NCBI GenBank assembly: GCA_028722515.1
Contig: JAQYGS010000007.1
Location: forward strand, 1-56,934
Length of the DNA stretch: 56,934 bases
Direction: 5' to 3'
Source of the DNA: Clostridia bacterium
GTDB taxonomy: Bacteria; Bacillota; Clostridia; Lachnospirales; Lachnospiraceae
This document shows, piece after piece, positions 9,169 to 17,987 of the stretch. Position numbers and translations under genes: made by a program. The number at the start of each line of letters is the position of its first letter. The first letter of the stretch is position 1. Below the pieces are notes generated by a model that was not told where the DNA came from, did not search any database, and worked only from the letters and a program-made list of their open reading frames with translations.

Positions 9169-10656
9169 ATGAAAAAACAGGGCAGCATTACTGTCTTTCT
9201 GGCTCTTATGCTAAGTCTGCTGCTTTCTCTTGTATGTACCAGTATCGAGTCAGTGAGAATGGCAGCAGCCAGAACACAGATCTTAAATAGTATGGATATT
9301 GGGCTCTATTCATTATTTGGCCAGTATGATAAAAAACTGCTGGAGGATTATGAACTGTTTGCCATAGATGGATCTTTTGGAAAAGGGCAGCTTGATATGG
9401 CATCAGTTTATGATGATATGAAAAGCTATATGGTACCGGTACTGAAGCAGAACAGTCAGAATCTTACATTAAAGCAAGGAGGTTTTACAGGATATCGTCT
9501 TATGACAGATGATAATGGAGAACCTTTTTATGCACAGATTGTACAGTATATGAAAAATTCCCTGGGAAGCAGAGGAATACAGCTCCTTCTTGATAAAATG
9601 TCAGAACGAAAGGCAAAAACGGAGGAAGCTGACAGAAATGCAGATCAGGCCCAATCCGGACATGCCATTGCACAATATGATTCTGAAATGAATAATGCAG
9701 CACAGAGAAGCCGTCAGGCTGAGGAAGAAGCGAAAAAGAAACAGGAACAGAGTGGAAATAATGATTTTTCTTCTGGCGAACAGCTTCCTGCTGCACCTGT
9801 CAAACCGGTGGAAAACCCTATTACCGTCATAAAAAAGATAATGAAAATGGGTATACTGGAACTGGTTCTTCCTTATGGAAAAGAAATATCTTCAGTTGAA
9901 ATTGATGAATCAGATGTTGTTTCCATCAGAAATCTTCAGCAGGGAATGAAAATGCCGGATGGTCTTCAGACGGACAACAGCTATACATCGGAAATTCTTT
10001 TTCAACAATATATTATGGATCATCTGGGAAGCTATGCAAACCCCGCCCGGTATAGTCTGGCCTATCAGGCAGAATATATTTATGGTGGCAAGGGTAACGA
10101 TGTGGACAATTTAAAAACAGTAGCCTCCAAGCTGCTTCTTATCCGGGAAGGTGTTAATCTTGCATGTCTGATGGCAGACGGCGTTAAAAGAGCACAGGCA
10201 CAGTCGCTGGCATTGGCTATTGCTTCAGGATTTCTGATTCCGCCTGCGTCGGTTGTGATTGAAAGTGCACTTCTATTATGCTGGTCCTTTGCAGAAAGTG
10301 TTCTGGATGTACGTGAACTGTTTAACGGAGGCAGGATTCCTCTTGTGAAAACTTCAGAGACCTGGCAGATTTCTCTGGAAAATCTCCCTCTTCTTCTGGA
10401 TGGACTGGATTCTATGAGAAAAAATGATGAGAGTGGATTATCATATGAAGATTATCTTCAGATTCTTCTTCTGACCAGATCGAAAAGAGATAAAGTAATG
10501 CGGACTATGGATATGGTGGAATCTGTGATCAGAAAGGAAGGCGGGAAAACCCTGTTCAGGATGGATTCATGTGTTGTGGCTGTGGAAGCTTTTATGGATG
10601 TAAAAGCTAATAAAAGAAAAGTTTTTAATGTAACCAGACAGTATTGCTATAAATAA
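9169..10656 (+). CDS. Large TadG/TadE-like pseudopilin (DUF5702-like)
   Basis: Start at ATG 9169 after a GGGGG RBS; class III signal 'KQG|SITVFLAL'; 'QAEYIYGG', 'CWSFAES', 'LSYEDYL' as in Firmicute Tad-associated large pseudopilins. Confidence 0.75.
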   Translation: MKKQGSITVFLALMLSLLLSLVCTSIESVRMAAARTQILNSMDIGLYSLFGQYDKKLLEDYELFAIDGSFGKGQLDMASVYDDMKSYMVPVLKQNSQNLTLKQGGFTGYRLMTDDNGEPFYAQIVQYMKNSLGSRGIQLLLDKMSERKAKTEEADRNADQAQSGHAIAQYDSEMNNAAQRSRQAEEEAKKKQEQSGNNDFSSGEQLPAAPVKPVENPITVIKKIMKMGILELVLPYGKEISSVEIDESDVVSIRNLQQGMKMPDGLQTDNSYTSEILFQQYIMDHLGSYANPARYSLAYQAEYIYGGKGNDVDNLKTVASKLLLIREGVNLACLMADGVKRAQAQSLALAIASGFLIPPASVVIESALLLCWSFAESVLDVRELFNGGRIPLVKTSETWQISLENLPLLLDGLDSMRKNDESGLSYEDYLQILLLTRSKRDKVMRTMDMVESVIRKEGGKTLFRMDSCVVAVEAFMDVKANKRKVFNVTRQYCYK

Positions 10657-10677
10657 CTGCAAAAGGGGTGTATAAAG

Positions 10678-11493
10678 ATGCTTCTGCAGGAAGTTGGGAA
10701 AAGAAAAAGCAGAAAATGCAGATATGTAAATATAAAAAAAGAATATGAAAAAAACCTGGAAAGGAGGAAACGCTCTCTAAAGCTGTATCGCACATTTTCT
10801 ATTTATAAAGAAGGAAAAGTGCTTCCTGCAAAGGCATCTTTGTATGCCTCTTTTATAAAAAGGGCAAGTCTGGCAGTAGAAACAGCACTTGTACTGCCTT
10901 TGTTTTTTATGGGAATAGTAACCATGATCTCCTTTATGGATATATACAAAATTCAGACAGAGCATTTAACACAACTGTGTGAAAAGGCAAAGCAGACCGG
11001 AATGTATGCCTATTCAGGGGGAAACATTGTTTCAGGAGATATCACTCTTCCAGATATTTATTCCTATAAACCAATTGGAGGACTGATCCCTCTGCCCCAT
11101 GTGGTTATGACTAATCGAATTAAAATACATCCGTGGACAGGAGTAGATCAACAGGATAATTTTGATGCAGGCGATTCTGAAAATATGGAAAAAATGGTAT
11201 ACGTAACTGAAACAGGAAGTGTATACCATAAAGATCCAGGCTGCAGTTATCTTAATGTTTCGCTGAATCAGGTTTCCGGTGCTCTTGTAAAAAATATGAA
11301 AAATCAGTATGGAGAGCATTATTCTGCCTGTGAGACTTGCAGCAGAGGACAGGATCCTGCAGGTGTTGTATATATAACAGGACAGGGAAACCGTTATCAT
11401 AATCTGGAAAGCTGCAGCGGCCTTAAGCGTACAGTAAGGCTTGTAAAAGAATCAGAGGCAGAAGACCTGAAACCCTGCAGCAGATGTGGATAG
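10678..11493 (+). CDS. TadE-like pseudopilin with C-terminal Cys/His repeats
   Basis: 'KRA|SLAVETALVLPLFF' pilin motif; two 'VY.T..G..YH....C..L' repeats plus CxxC pairs (CETC, CSRC). Confidence 0.78.
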   Translation: MLLQEVGKRKSRKCRYVNIKKEYEKNLERRKRSLKLYRTFSIYKEGKVLPAKASLYASFIKRASLAVETALVLPLFFMGIVTMISFMDIYKIQTEHLTQLCEKAKQTGMYAYSGGNIVSGDITLPDIYSYKPIGGLIPLPHVVMTNRIKIHPWTGVDQQDNFDAGDSENMEKMVYVTETGSVYHKDPGCSYLNVSLNQVSGALVKNMKNQYGEHYSACETCSRGQDPAGVVYITGQGNRYHNLESCSGLKRTVRLVKESEAEDLKPCSRCG

Positions 11494-11503
11494 GAGGAGC
11501 GAA

Positions 11504-11914
11504 ATGAAAGAAGCATGTGTACTTATTTTTCTTGGAATCAATTCCTGGCTTGATATCAGAAAAAGACAGATTTCTATTATTTTAACTGCCATTTTTGCAT
11601 TGGCGGCTTTTCTGACCGCATTGATTTATCACAGGATTTCCTGGGAGTTTTTTATCCCTGCAGGAATCGGCTGCTTTTTTATTGGAATCAGTATCCTTTC
11701 AAAGGGAGCTTTAGGAATGGGGGATGGTCTGATCCTGACTGCGCTTGGCATGGCAATGCAATGGTCAGATTTTATTTTTATGCTTTTCATTGCTTTATCA
11801 GCCTGTGCTCTCTGGTCCGGAATCCTTTTGTGTTTTTTTAAAAAGAAGAGAAACACGCAGATTCCTTTTGTACCTTTTTTAATGATCGGTTATCTGGGAG
11901 GAATGATTTTGTGA
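11504..11914 (+). CDS. Second prepilin peptidase, A24 family
   Basis: RBS AGGAGG before ATG 11504; 'WLDIRKRQI', 'GMGDG', C-terminal 'IPFVPFL'. Confidence 0.85.
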   Translation: MKEACVLIFLGINSWLDIRKRQISIILTAIFALAAFLTALIYHRISWEFFIPAGIGCFFIGISILSKGALGMGDGLILTALGMAMQWSDFIFMLFIALSACALWSGILLCFFKKKRNTQIPFVPFLMIGYLGGMIL

Positions 11915-12339
11915 AAATAAGAAAAGGAAGTATGACGGTGGAGGCAGCCTGCCTAATGCCTCTGATTCTGTTGGTTCTTATGGGCGTACTTTATCTGAGT
12001 TTTTTTGTTCATAACAGAGCCTGGCTTACGTCTGCGGCTTATGAGGCGGCAGTCAGTGGAGGCATGGAAGGAATAAAAACAGAGGGAAAGGTATATGAAA
12101 CAGCAAAAATGAAAAGTGAAGAACTTGGAAATATCGGATTTTTTGGCGCAGAGAATCTTACCTCTCAAACCAATGCGGGAGATCAGGTGCAAGTTACATA
12201 TGATCTGGATACAATATCCGGTTTCGGAGGACTATCCTGGCATCTTCATACAGAAGGCAAATCAAAAATTGTTGATCCGGTGAAATACATCCGTAAGTTT
12301 CGTCAGGCAGCTTCTATTCTGAAAGGAGGGGAGAACTGA
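11911..12339 (+). CDS. TadE-like minor pilin
   Basis: 'KG|SMTVEAACLMPLILLV' class III signal with +5 Glu. Confidence 0.85.
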   Translation: MKIRKGSMTVEAACLMPLILLVLMGVLYLSFFVHNRAWLTSAAYEAAVSGGMEGIKTEGKVYETAKMKSEELGNIGFFGAENLTSQTNAGDQVQVTYDLDTISGFGGLSWHLHTEGKSKIVDPVKYIRKFRQAASILKGGEN

Positions 12340-12340
12340 A

Positions 12341-13681
12341 ATGAAAGCAGAATATAAGAGGGATATGAATCATAATTATCTCGTACTTTATGGAGAGGAG
12401 ATCAATACAGATTCTTACCAGGTTAGAATGTTGGTGGGAAATGTAATTCCGTCCTTACTGAAGTGCAGAATCCAGAGTATGGATGGAAAGTATATGATTT
12501 ATTATGATATCACTTCCAGACAGTCTTTAAAAACACTTTATGAAGACAGAAAGCTTAAAATCGAGGACCTTCATCTGATTTTCGGCGGATTTGTACGCGT
12601 AATGGAAGATTCAGCAGAGTATCTTATGAATCCCAGCCAGCTGGTAATGAATCCTGAGTATATATTTATTGAACTGGAAAAGCAGCAGGTCTATTTTTGC
12701 TTTCTGCCAGGATATGAAAAAGATATTAAAGTGCAGTTTCAGGATCTGACAGAATATATACTTCCCAAGATAGACCATGAAGATGCAAAGGCAGTTACGC
12801 TTGGGTATGGAATATACAGGAGAACTATGGAAAATGGTTTCCACCTGGAACATATAAAAGAAGAATTATATAAAACGAAAAATGACAATGCTGAAAAAAT
12901 ATCGGAAATACCGCAAAATCCTTTGCCCGACAGGATAGAAGAACCCATAGATCAACCTGAATCTGAGGAAATCAGCAGTGATTTTTACAGAGACACAAAA
13001 AAAGAGCAGGAAAAGAAAAAAAGACCTGTTCATAAAATATTCATATGCCTTTTGTGCGTATTGGCAGCGGCCGGTTTCATGGCCTTAAGTTTTATGGGAT
13101 TTCTACCTCATATTGGTCTGGAAGTAATTCTTGGAATTATTCTTGCGGGAATGGGTATAGGTATGTTGACTTACCTTGTGGTAAAAAGAACTAAGGAGAA
13201 AAAAAGCCAGGAGAAAGTGGTAGAGGCAGTATTAAATAAAAGAAGAGAGGATTTGAACAGAGAATTTAACAGGGAATTTAACAGGGAAGAAATGAACTTT
13301 CGGGAAGATAATGCATCCGTGGCAGAAAATATACAACCGGAAGATTTTGGAGAGACAGTTGTTTTGTCCTGTGGCGAAGTTTCAGGACCGGCAAGTTTTG
13401 TAAGTCGTGAGCCGGGAGAACTGGCTACAATTTATTTAAAGGACGATCTGACAGTAATAGGAAAGCTTGAAAATGCCTGTGATGCAGTAATTAACCTGCC
13501 TACAGTAAGCAGGATTCATGCAAAAGTAAGAAAAAAAGAAAATGATTATTATCTGACTGATTTAAATTCCAGAAATGGAACCTCTGTAAACGGAAGGCTT
13601 CTGCTTCCGGACGAAGAGTACAAACTTCAGGCAGAGGACGAGGTGGATTTTGCTCAGGCAAGATATATATTTTTGCAGTAA
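12341..13681 (+). CDS. DUF6382-like N-domain, two TM helices and a C-terminal FHA domain
   Basis: FHA motifs 'IGK', 'VSRIHA', 'DLNSRNGTSVNG'; two central hydrophobic helices; starts 1 nt after the last pilin gene. Confidence 0.85.
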   Translation: MKAEYKRDMNHNYLVLYGEEINTDSYQVRMLVGNVIPSLLKCRIQSMDGKYMIYYDITSRQSLKTLYEDRKLKIEDLHLIFGGFVRVMEDSAEYLMNPSQLVMNPEYIFIELEKQQVYFCFLPGYEKDIKVQFQDLTEYILPKIDHEDAKAVTLGYGIYRRTMENGFHLEHIKEELYKTKNDNAEKISEIPQNPLPDRIEEPIDQPESEEISSDFYRDTKKEQEKKKRPVHKIFICLLCVLAAAGFMALSFMGFLPHIGLEVILGIILAGMGIGMLTYLVVKRTKEKKSQEKVVEAVLNKRREDLNREFNREFNREEMNFREDNASVAENIQPEDFGETVVLSCGEVSGPASFVSREPGELATIYLKDDLTVIGKLENACDAVINLPTVSRIHAKVRKKENDYYLTDLNSRNGTSVNGRLLLPDEEYKLQAEDEVDFAQARYIFLQ

Positions 13682-13778
13682 TTATAAGAAATGTTTTGAA
13701 AAAATAACAAATATTTGATACAATTATCATAGATGATTTGTTGAGAAAAACATAGAACAAAACAAAAAGAGGTTAAAT

Positions 13779-14378
13779 GTGGAAGAGCTGAAAAAAGAAC
13801 CCGTAACGGCTGCCTTGATTCTGATAAATGCATTAATTTTTCTCATGATGGAATTAACGGGAGGGGCAGATAATACTTTGCATATGATTCAATGGGGAGC
13901 ATCCTATTCACCTTTTGTGCTGGGAGGAGAATACTACAGAATTTTCACCAGTATGTTTCTTCATTTCAGCGCACAGCATTTATGCAATAATATGCTGGTA
14001 CTTTTTGTTTTGGGAAGCCGTCTGGAACGGGCAGCAGGAAAAATCAGATTTCTTCTGATCTATCTGCTGGGAGGTATGGGAGGCAATCTTCTGTCTCTGT
14101 TTCTGGAATCAAAAAATCATGACTTTGCAGTTTCAGCGGGAGCTTCAGGGGCTGTGTTTTCAGTAATGGGAGCTTTGATCTGTGCTGTAATTAAATGTAA
14201 GGGAAAACTGGAAGATCTGTCTGCAAAACAAATTGTAGTTATGGCAGCATTTTCTCTTTACTTTGGATTTACAAGTGCCGGGGTTGATAATGCGGCACAT
14301 GTGGGAGGCTTGATCTGTGGGTTTATTCTTTGCCTGATACTGTATCATCCCAGGAAAATCCGAAAGGTAGAACCATGA
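13779..14378 (+). CDS. Rhomboid family intramembrane serine protease
   Basis: 'YYRIFTSMFLH', 'HLCNNM', catalytic 'GASG' and 'AHVGG'. Confidence 0.92.
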   Translation: MEELKKEPVTAALILINALIFLMMELTGGADNTLHMIQWGASYSPFVLGGEYYRIFTSMFLHFSAQHLCNNMLVLFVLGSRLERAAGKIRFLLIYLLGGMGGNLLSLFLESKNHDFAVSAGASGAVFSVMGALICAVIKCKGKLEDLSAKQIVVMAAFSLYFGFTSAGVDNAAHVGGLICGFILCLILYHPRKIRKVEP

Positions 14379-15019
14379 CCTGGACTGCTGATAACATCTA
14401 TACTTCCTTTATGTGCCAGAATGATGTCTTTTGTGATGGCAAGTCCAAGACCTGTTCCTGATGACTTATAAGTTACGAAAGGTGAAAAAATTTTCTCCTT
14501 TTGCTCATCAGTCATTCCACAGCCATTGTCTTTAATGGAAATACAGATTTTATCTTTTTCTCTGGTGAGAGTGACCATGATCTTTCCTTTGGGTTGCTGG
14601 ATGGATTCACATGCATTTCTTAACAGGTTTAGCAGAGCCTGACGCATTTTTACCCGATCCAGCAGAATTTTATCAGGGATTTCTTCCATATGAGTTTCCA
14701 GAGTTATGCCAAGGTAGGACATAGTTGTCTTTTCACAGGATATGATCGTATTGAGAAACTCATTGATATTAACAGGGACAGGGGAAATTTTACCGGCATT
14801 ATTGTAATCGGAAAATTCGTTCAATAATTCCTTTATATATTCCAGATTATCCATAAGGCTGTCCCACTGTTCATAGCTGCATAGCTTTGGATGGGCAGAT
14901 GCCATAAGCTGCAGCTCGCTGCTTATAAGGGCTACAGGATTACGGATTTCATGGACAAATTTGGACAGGGTCAGATGGAATTCTTTTTTTAATTGTTTTT
15001 CTGTGTTTTCAGTTGGCAT
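14345..15019 (-). CDS. Orphan histidine kinase (HisKA + HATPase, no sensor domain)
   Basis: H-box 'VHEIRNP', N-box 'NLLRNA', G1 'DNGCG', F 'IFSPF', G2 'GTGLGL'; only about 20 aa precede the H-box. Confidence 0.9.
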   Translation of the reverse strand: MPTENTEKQLKKEFHLTLSKFVHEIRNPVALISSELQLMASAHPKLCSYEQWDSLMDNLEYIKELLNEFSDYNNAGKISPVPVNINEFLNTIISCEKTTMSYLGITLETHMEEIPDKILLDRVKMRQALLNLLRNACESIQQPKGKIMVTLTREKDKICISIKDNGCGMTDEQKEKIFSPFVTYKSSGTGLGLAITKDIILAHKGSIDVISSPGHGSTFRIFLG

Positions 15020-15135
15020 ATTATCACCTCAAGGGAAGTGTATCACCGGGGATTTTTGATAGCAATATAATTCGTACTTCAAATTTCGCACGAATACGAC
15101 ACATATGTGATCATTTATGAAAGAAGGAATATAAA

Positions 15136-15549
15136 ATGGATAATTGTATTTTTTGTAAAATCGCTAATGGAGAAATTCCAGCGGCAACTCTTTATGAGGA
15201 TGAAGAGTTTCGTGTAATTCTGGATCTGGGACCTGCAAGTAAAGGGCATGCTCTCATACTTCCCAAAACGCATGCTGCAAATATTTTTGAATTGTCTGAT
15301 GAGATGGCAGCAAAGGCTATGATTCTTGCAAAAAAGATGGCTACAGTGCTGACAGAGGCGCTGAAGTGTGATGGATTTAATATTGTACAGAATAATGGAG
15401 AGTGTGCAGGCCAGACAGTTTTTCATTTTCACATCCATCTGATCCCAAGATATCAGAACGATAATGTTGGAATTACATGGGTTCCTGGCAATCTTACAGA
15501 CGAGGATAAAGAGGAGATATTGTCAAAGGTAAGGGCAATTCTTAAATAA
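15136..15549 (+). CDS. HIT family nucleotide hydrolase
   Basis: 'CIFCKI' and histidine triad 'HFHIH'. Confidence 0.93.
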   Translation: MDNCIFCKIANGEIPAATLYEDEEFRVILDLGPASKGHALILPKTHAANIFELSDEMAAKAMILAKKMATVLTEALKCDGFNIVQNNGECAGQTVFHFHIHLIPRYQNDNVGITWVPGNLTDEDKEEILSKVRAILK

Positions 15550-15572
15550 ATATCTTTGACACAAAATAATAT

Positions 15573-16112
15573 ATGGAAAATACGGATTTTGGTCAGATTT
15601 ATGCAGAATACCGTAGTTATTCAATGCGGATAGCAAACATTATTCTGGGAAATGAAGATGAAGCGGAAGATGTCTGCCAGGACGTTTTTGAGATCATATA
15701 CAATATGGGATCAAGGGTAGATATTTCTAACAGGAAAAAGTTAAAAAGCCTGATCACAACCATAACTTTTCATAAGGCGATGGACTATTGCAAGACAGGA
15801 TATAAAAAATATGAATGTGCCAATTCGGATATGATCGAACAGGTTACAGACATAAAAGAGCTGGACAGCCAGAAAGAAAGTGTTGATGAGGAGATCATGG
15901 CACTGGAGACGAAACTGAATGTGAACTGTATTTTTCAGAAACTCAGGAAAAAGAATGAAGTGAATTATTATATCTTTGTTTATGTAAAAATATATGATAT
16001 TCCGCCCCGTCTCGTAGCGGATTGGTTTCACATTTCAGAAAACAATGTGAATAACCGGATTATGAGAACGAGACGGTGGCTGGTCAGAGAATATAATAAA
16101 CTGTTACAGTAA
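15573..16112 (+). CDS. ECF-type RNA polymerase sigma factor
   Basis: 179 aa; region 2 'EAEDVCQDVF', region 4 'ISENNVNNRIMRTRRWL'. Confidence 0.8.
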   Translation: MENTDFGQIYAEYRSYSMRIANIILGNEDEAEDVCQDVFEIIYNMGSRVDISNRKKLKSLITTITFHKAMDYCKTGYKKYECANSDMIEQVTDIKELDSQKESVDEEIMALETKLNVNCIFQKLRKKNEVNYYIFVYVKIYDIPPRLVADWFHISENNVNNRIMRTRRWLVREYNKLLQ

Positions 16113-16117
16113 AGAAT

Positions 16118-17185
16118 TTACTTTTGCACACATTCTTCAATGAGTCCTGTGATTTTTTCAATTGCATCTATGTGGCTGCTTTCAGACATGGCATGAATAT
16201 ATTTGCTGCGGTTTTCGTAAAGCTTATGAATAGAGCCAATGAGACTTTCGGGTGTGATTTCTTCTTCCTCCATAACCATGCTGAATCCCTGACGTTCGAA
16301 GGAACGTGCATTGAGAATCTGATCTCCCCGGCTTGCATTGGCTGAAAGAGGAATGAGCAGGTTGGGCTTCTTCAGGGCACTTAGTTCACAGATGGCATTG
16401 GCTCCTGCACGTGAAATTACAATATCTGCCAGGGCAAATAAATCAGGAAGCTCTTCCTGAATGTATTCATATTGTACATAACCTTTGGTGTTTTTTAGAC
16501 TGTCATCGGTTTTGCCTTTTCCACATAAGTGAACGACCTGGAATTCCTTAAGAAGTTCAGGTAGTATTTTGCGGATGTTTTCGTTTACGGAAGCAGCACC
16601 CAGACTTCCTCCGATTACCATGAGAACAGGCTTGTCATCAGTAAATCCGCAGAATTTTCTTCCTGCTTCTTTATTACCGTTAAGAAGTTCATGGCGGATA
16701 GGCGTTCCTGTAAGAACTGCCTTATCGGCGGGAAGGCTGTTAACAGTCTCGGGAAAATTACAGCAGATTTTGGAAGCAGAAGAAAGGCAGAGCTTGTTTG
16801 CCAGTCCGGGTGTCATATCTGATTCGTGTATGATGGCCGGAATTTTGCATTTTTTTGCTGCGATTACTACAGGAACAGTGACAAATCCTCCTTTAGAGAA
16901 AACAACATCAGGTTTTAAGTCTTTCAGGAGCTTTTTAGCCTGACCAAATCCTTTCAGGACTCTGAAAGGGTCAGTGAAATTTTTAAGATCGAAGTACCGG
17001 CGCAATTTACCGGAAGAGATTCCGTAATATGGAATCTGCAATTCTTCTATTAATTTTTTTTCAATCCCGTTGTAGGAACCAATATAGGAAATGCGGTATC
17101 CAAGTTCCTTAAGACGGGGAATCAAGGCAATATTTGGAGTAACATGGCCGGCAGTACCGCCACCGGTAAGAACAATATGTTTCAT
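16118..17185 (-). CDS. murG: Undecaprenyl-PP-MurNAc-pentapeptide GlcNAc transferase
   Basis: Start at ATG 17185 after AGGAGG; 'GGGTAGHV', 'KGGFV', 'GGSLGA', 'SRAGA', 'DQILNA'. Confidence 0.95.
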   Translation of the reverse strand: MKHIVLTGGGTAGHVTPNIALIPRLKELGYRISYIGSYNGIEKKLIEELQIPYYGISSGKLRRYFDLKNFTDPFRVLKGFGQAKKLLKDLKPDVVFSKGGFVTVPVVIAAKKCKIPAIIHESDMTPGLANKLCLSSASKICCNFPETVNSLPADKAVLTGTPIRHELLNGNKEAGRKFCGFTDDKPVLMVIGGSLGAASVNENIRKILPELLKEFQVVHLCGKGKTDDSLKNTKGYVQYEYIQEELPDLFALADIVISRAGANAICELSALKKPNLLIPLSANASRGDQILNARSFERQGFSMVMEEEEITPESLIGSIHKLYENRSKYIHAMSESSHIDAIEKITGLIEECVQK

Positions 17186-17266
17186 AGGGGTCCTCCTGAC
17201 TGTAATACATTTATTATTTTTTAATATGAACCCACATGAAGAAATTGTCAAGGAAAGTTAAGAATT

Positions 17267-17647
17267 ATGAATCATAAAATAACCAGAAAAACCAGCAACG
17301 AAGAGATTGATCATCTTCTTGAAAGCAAATATATGGAAGAAGCGGAATTAATTGAGAGCAGTCTTCGTAAAACACAGGAGAACAGACCGTTTGTTAAACC
17401 GTATAAAGAATCAGAGGAAAAGATAAAAGAGGGGTATGACAAGCTTGTTGCCAGTCTGAAAAGAAAAGAACAGTATAGATATGAGATATGCTGTAAAGAA
17501 AAGGAAAAATGGGAAAAAAATCATAAGAAAATTAAAATGTCAGGTTTTATCCTTGTATTTATTCTGTTTGTTTTAATGTTTGGAATGATTGAAAAAACAG
17601 ATATGCAAAGTGTATGTGATACAATAAAAGCAATTCATATGATATAA
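17267..17647 (+). CDS. Hypothetical protein with a C-terminal TM helix; possibly a truncated anti-sigma factor
   Basis: Acidic helical N-domain, basic stretch, single TM 'GFILVFILFVLMFGM', then only about 18 aa; near the ECF sigma gene. Confidence 0.55.
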   Translation: MNHKITRKTSNEEIDHLLESKYMEEAELIESSLRKTQENRPFVKPYKESEEKIKEGYDKLVASLKRKEQYRYEICCKEKEKWEKNHKKIKMSGFILVFILFVLMFGMIEKTDMQSVCDTIKAIHMI

Positions 17648-17912
17648 TAGAGCCATCAGAAAAAATATAAAAAAAAATTTAATTTAACGTGATTTTTACA
17701 GAGCTCACTCGTATTATTGATGTAATGGAAGTTTACAAACAAAAAGGGGGAAGGACTTTTTGAAAAAGTGATCTGGAAATAATACGGGATGAAGAAGTAA
17801 AATTTGTAAACGTACATTACCATCCTGTAAATCTGTGTTTGCACATTGGCAATGTCTGTCTTCATTCAAATACCAGCAATATTTCAAATGAAATGACAAA
17901 GGCAAACGCACA

Positions 17913-17951
17913 AAAACCGGAAGCTGCAGAAGATGGCAGTCTTCCGGTTTT
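17913..17951 (+). terminator. Intrinsic terminator-like hairpin
   Basis: AAAACCGGAAG-CTGC...GCAG-T-CTTCCGGTTTT inverted repeat. Confidence 0.6.
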
Positions 17952-17987
17952 CCATTATGCAGGAAAAATCTGAAAGGGGGTTTTGGT

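Noticed and set aside
17895-17951. Possible c-di-GMP-I riboswitch (GGCAAAC ... GATGGCAG)
   Set aside because: Lacks the GNRA-capped P2 stem and the GACGCAAAGC segment; the pairing fits a simple terminator better.
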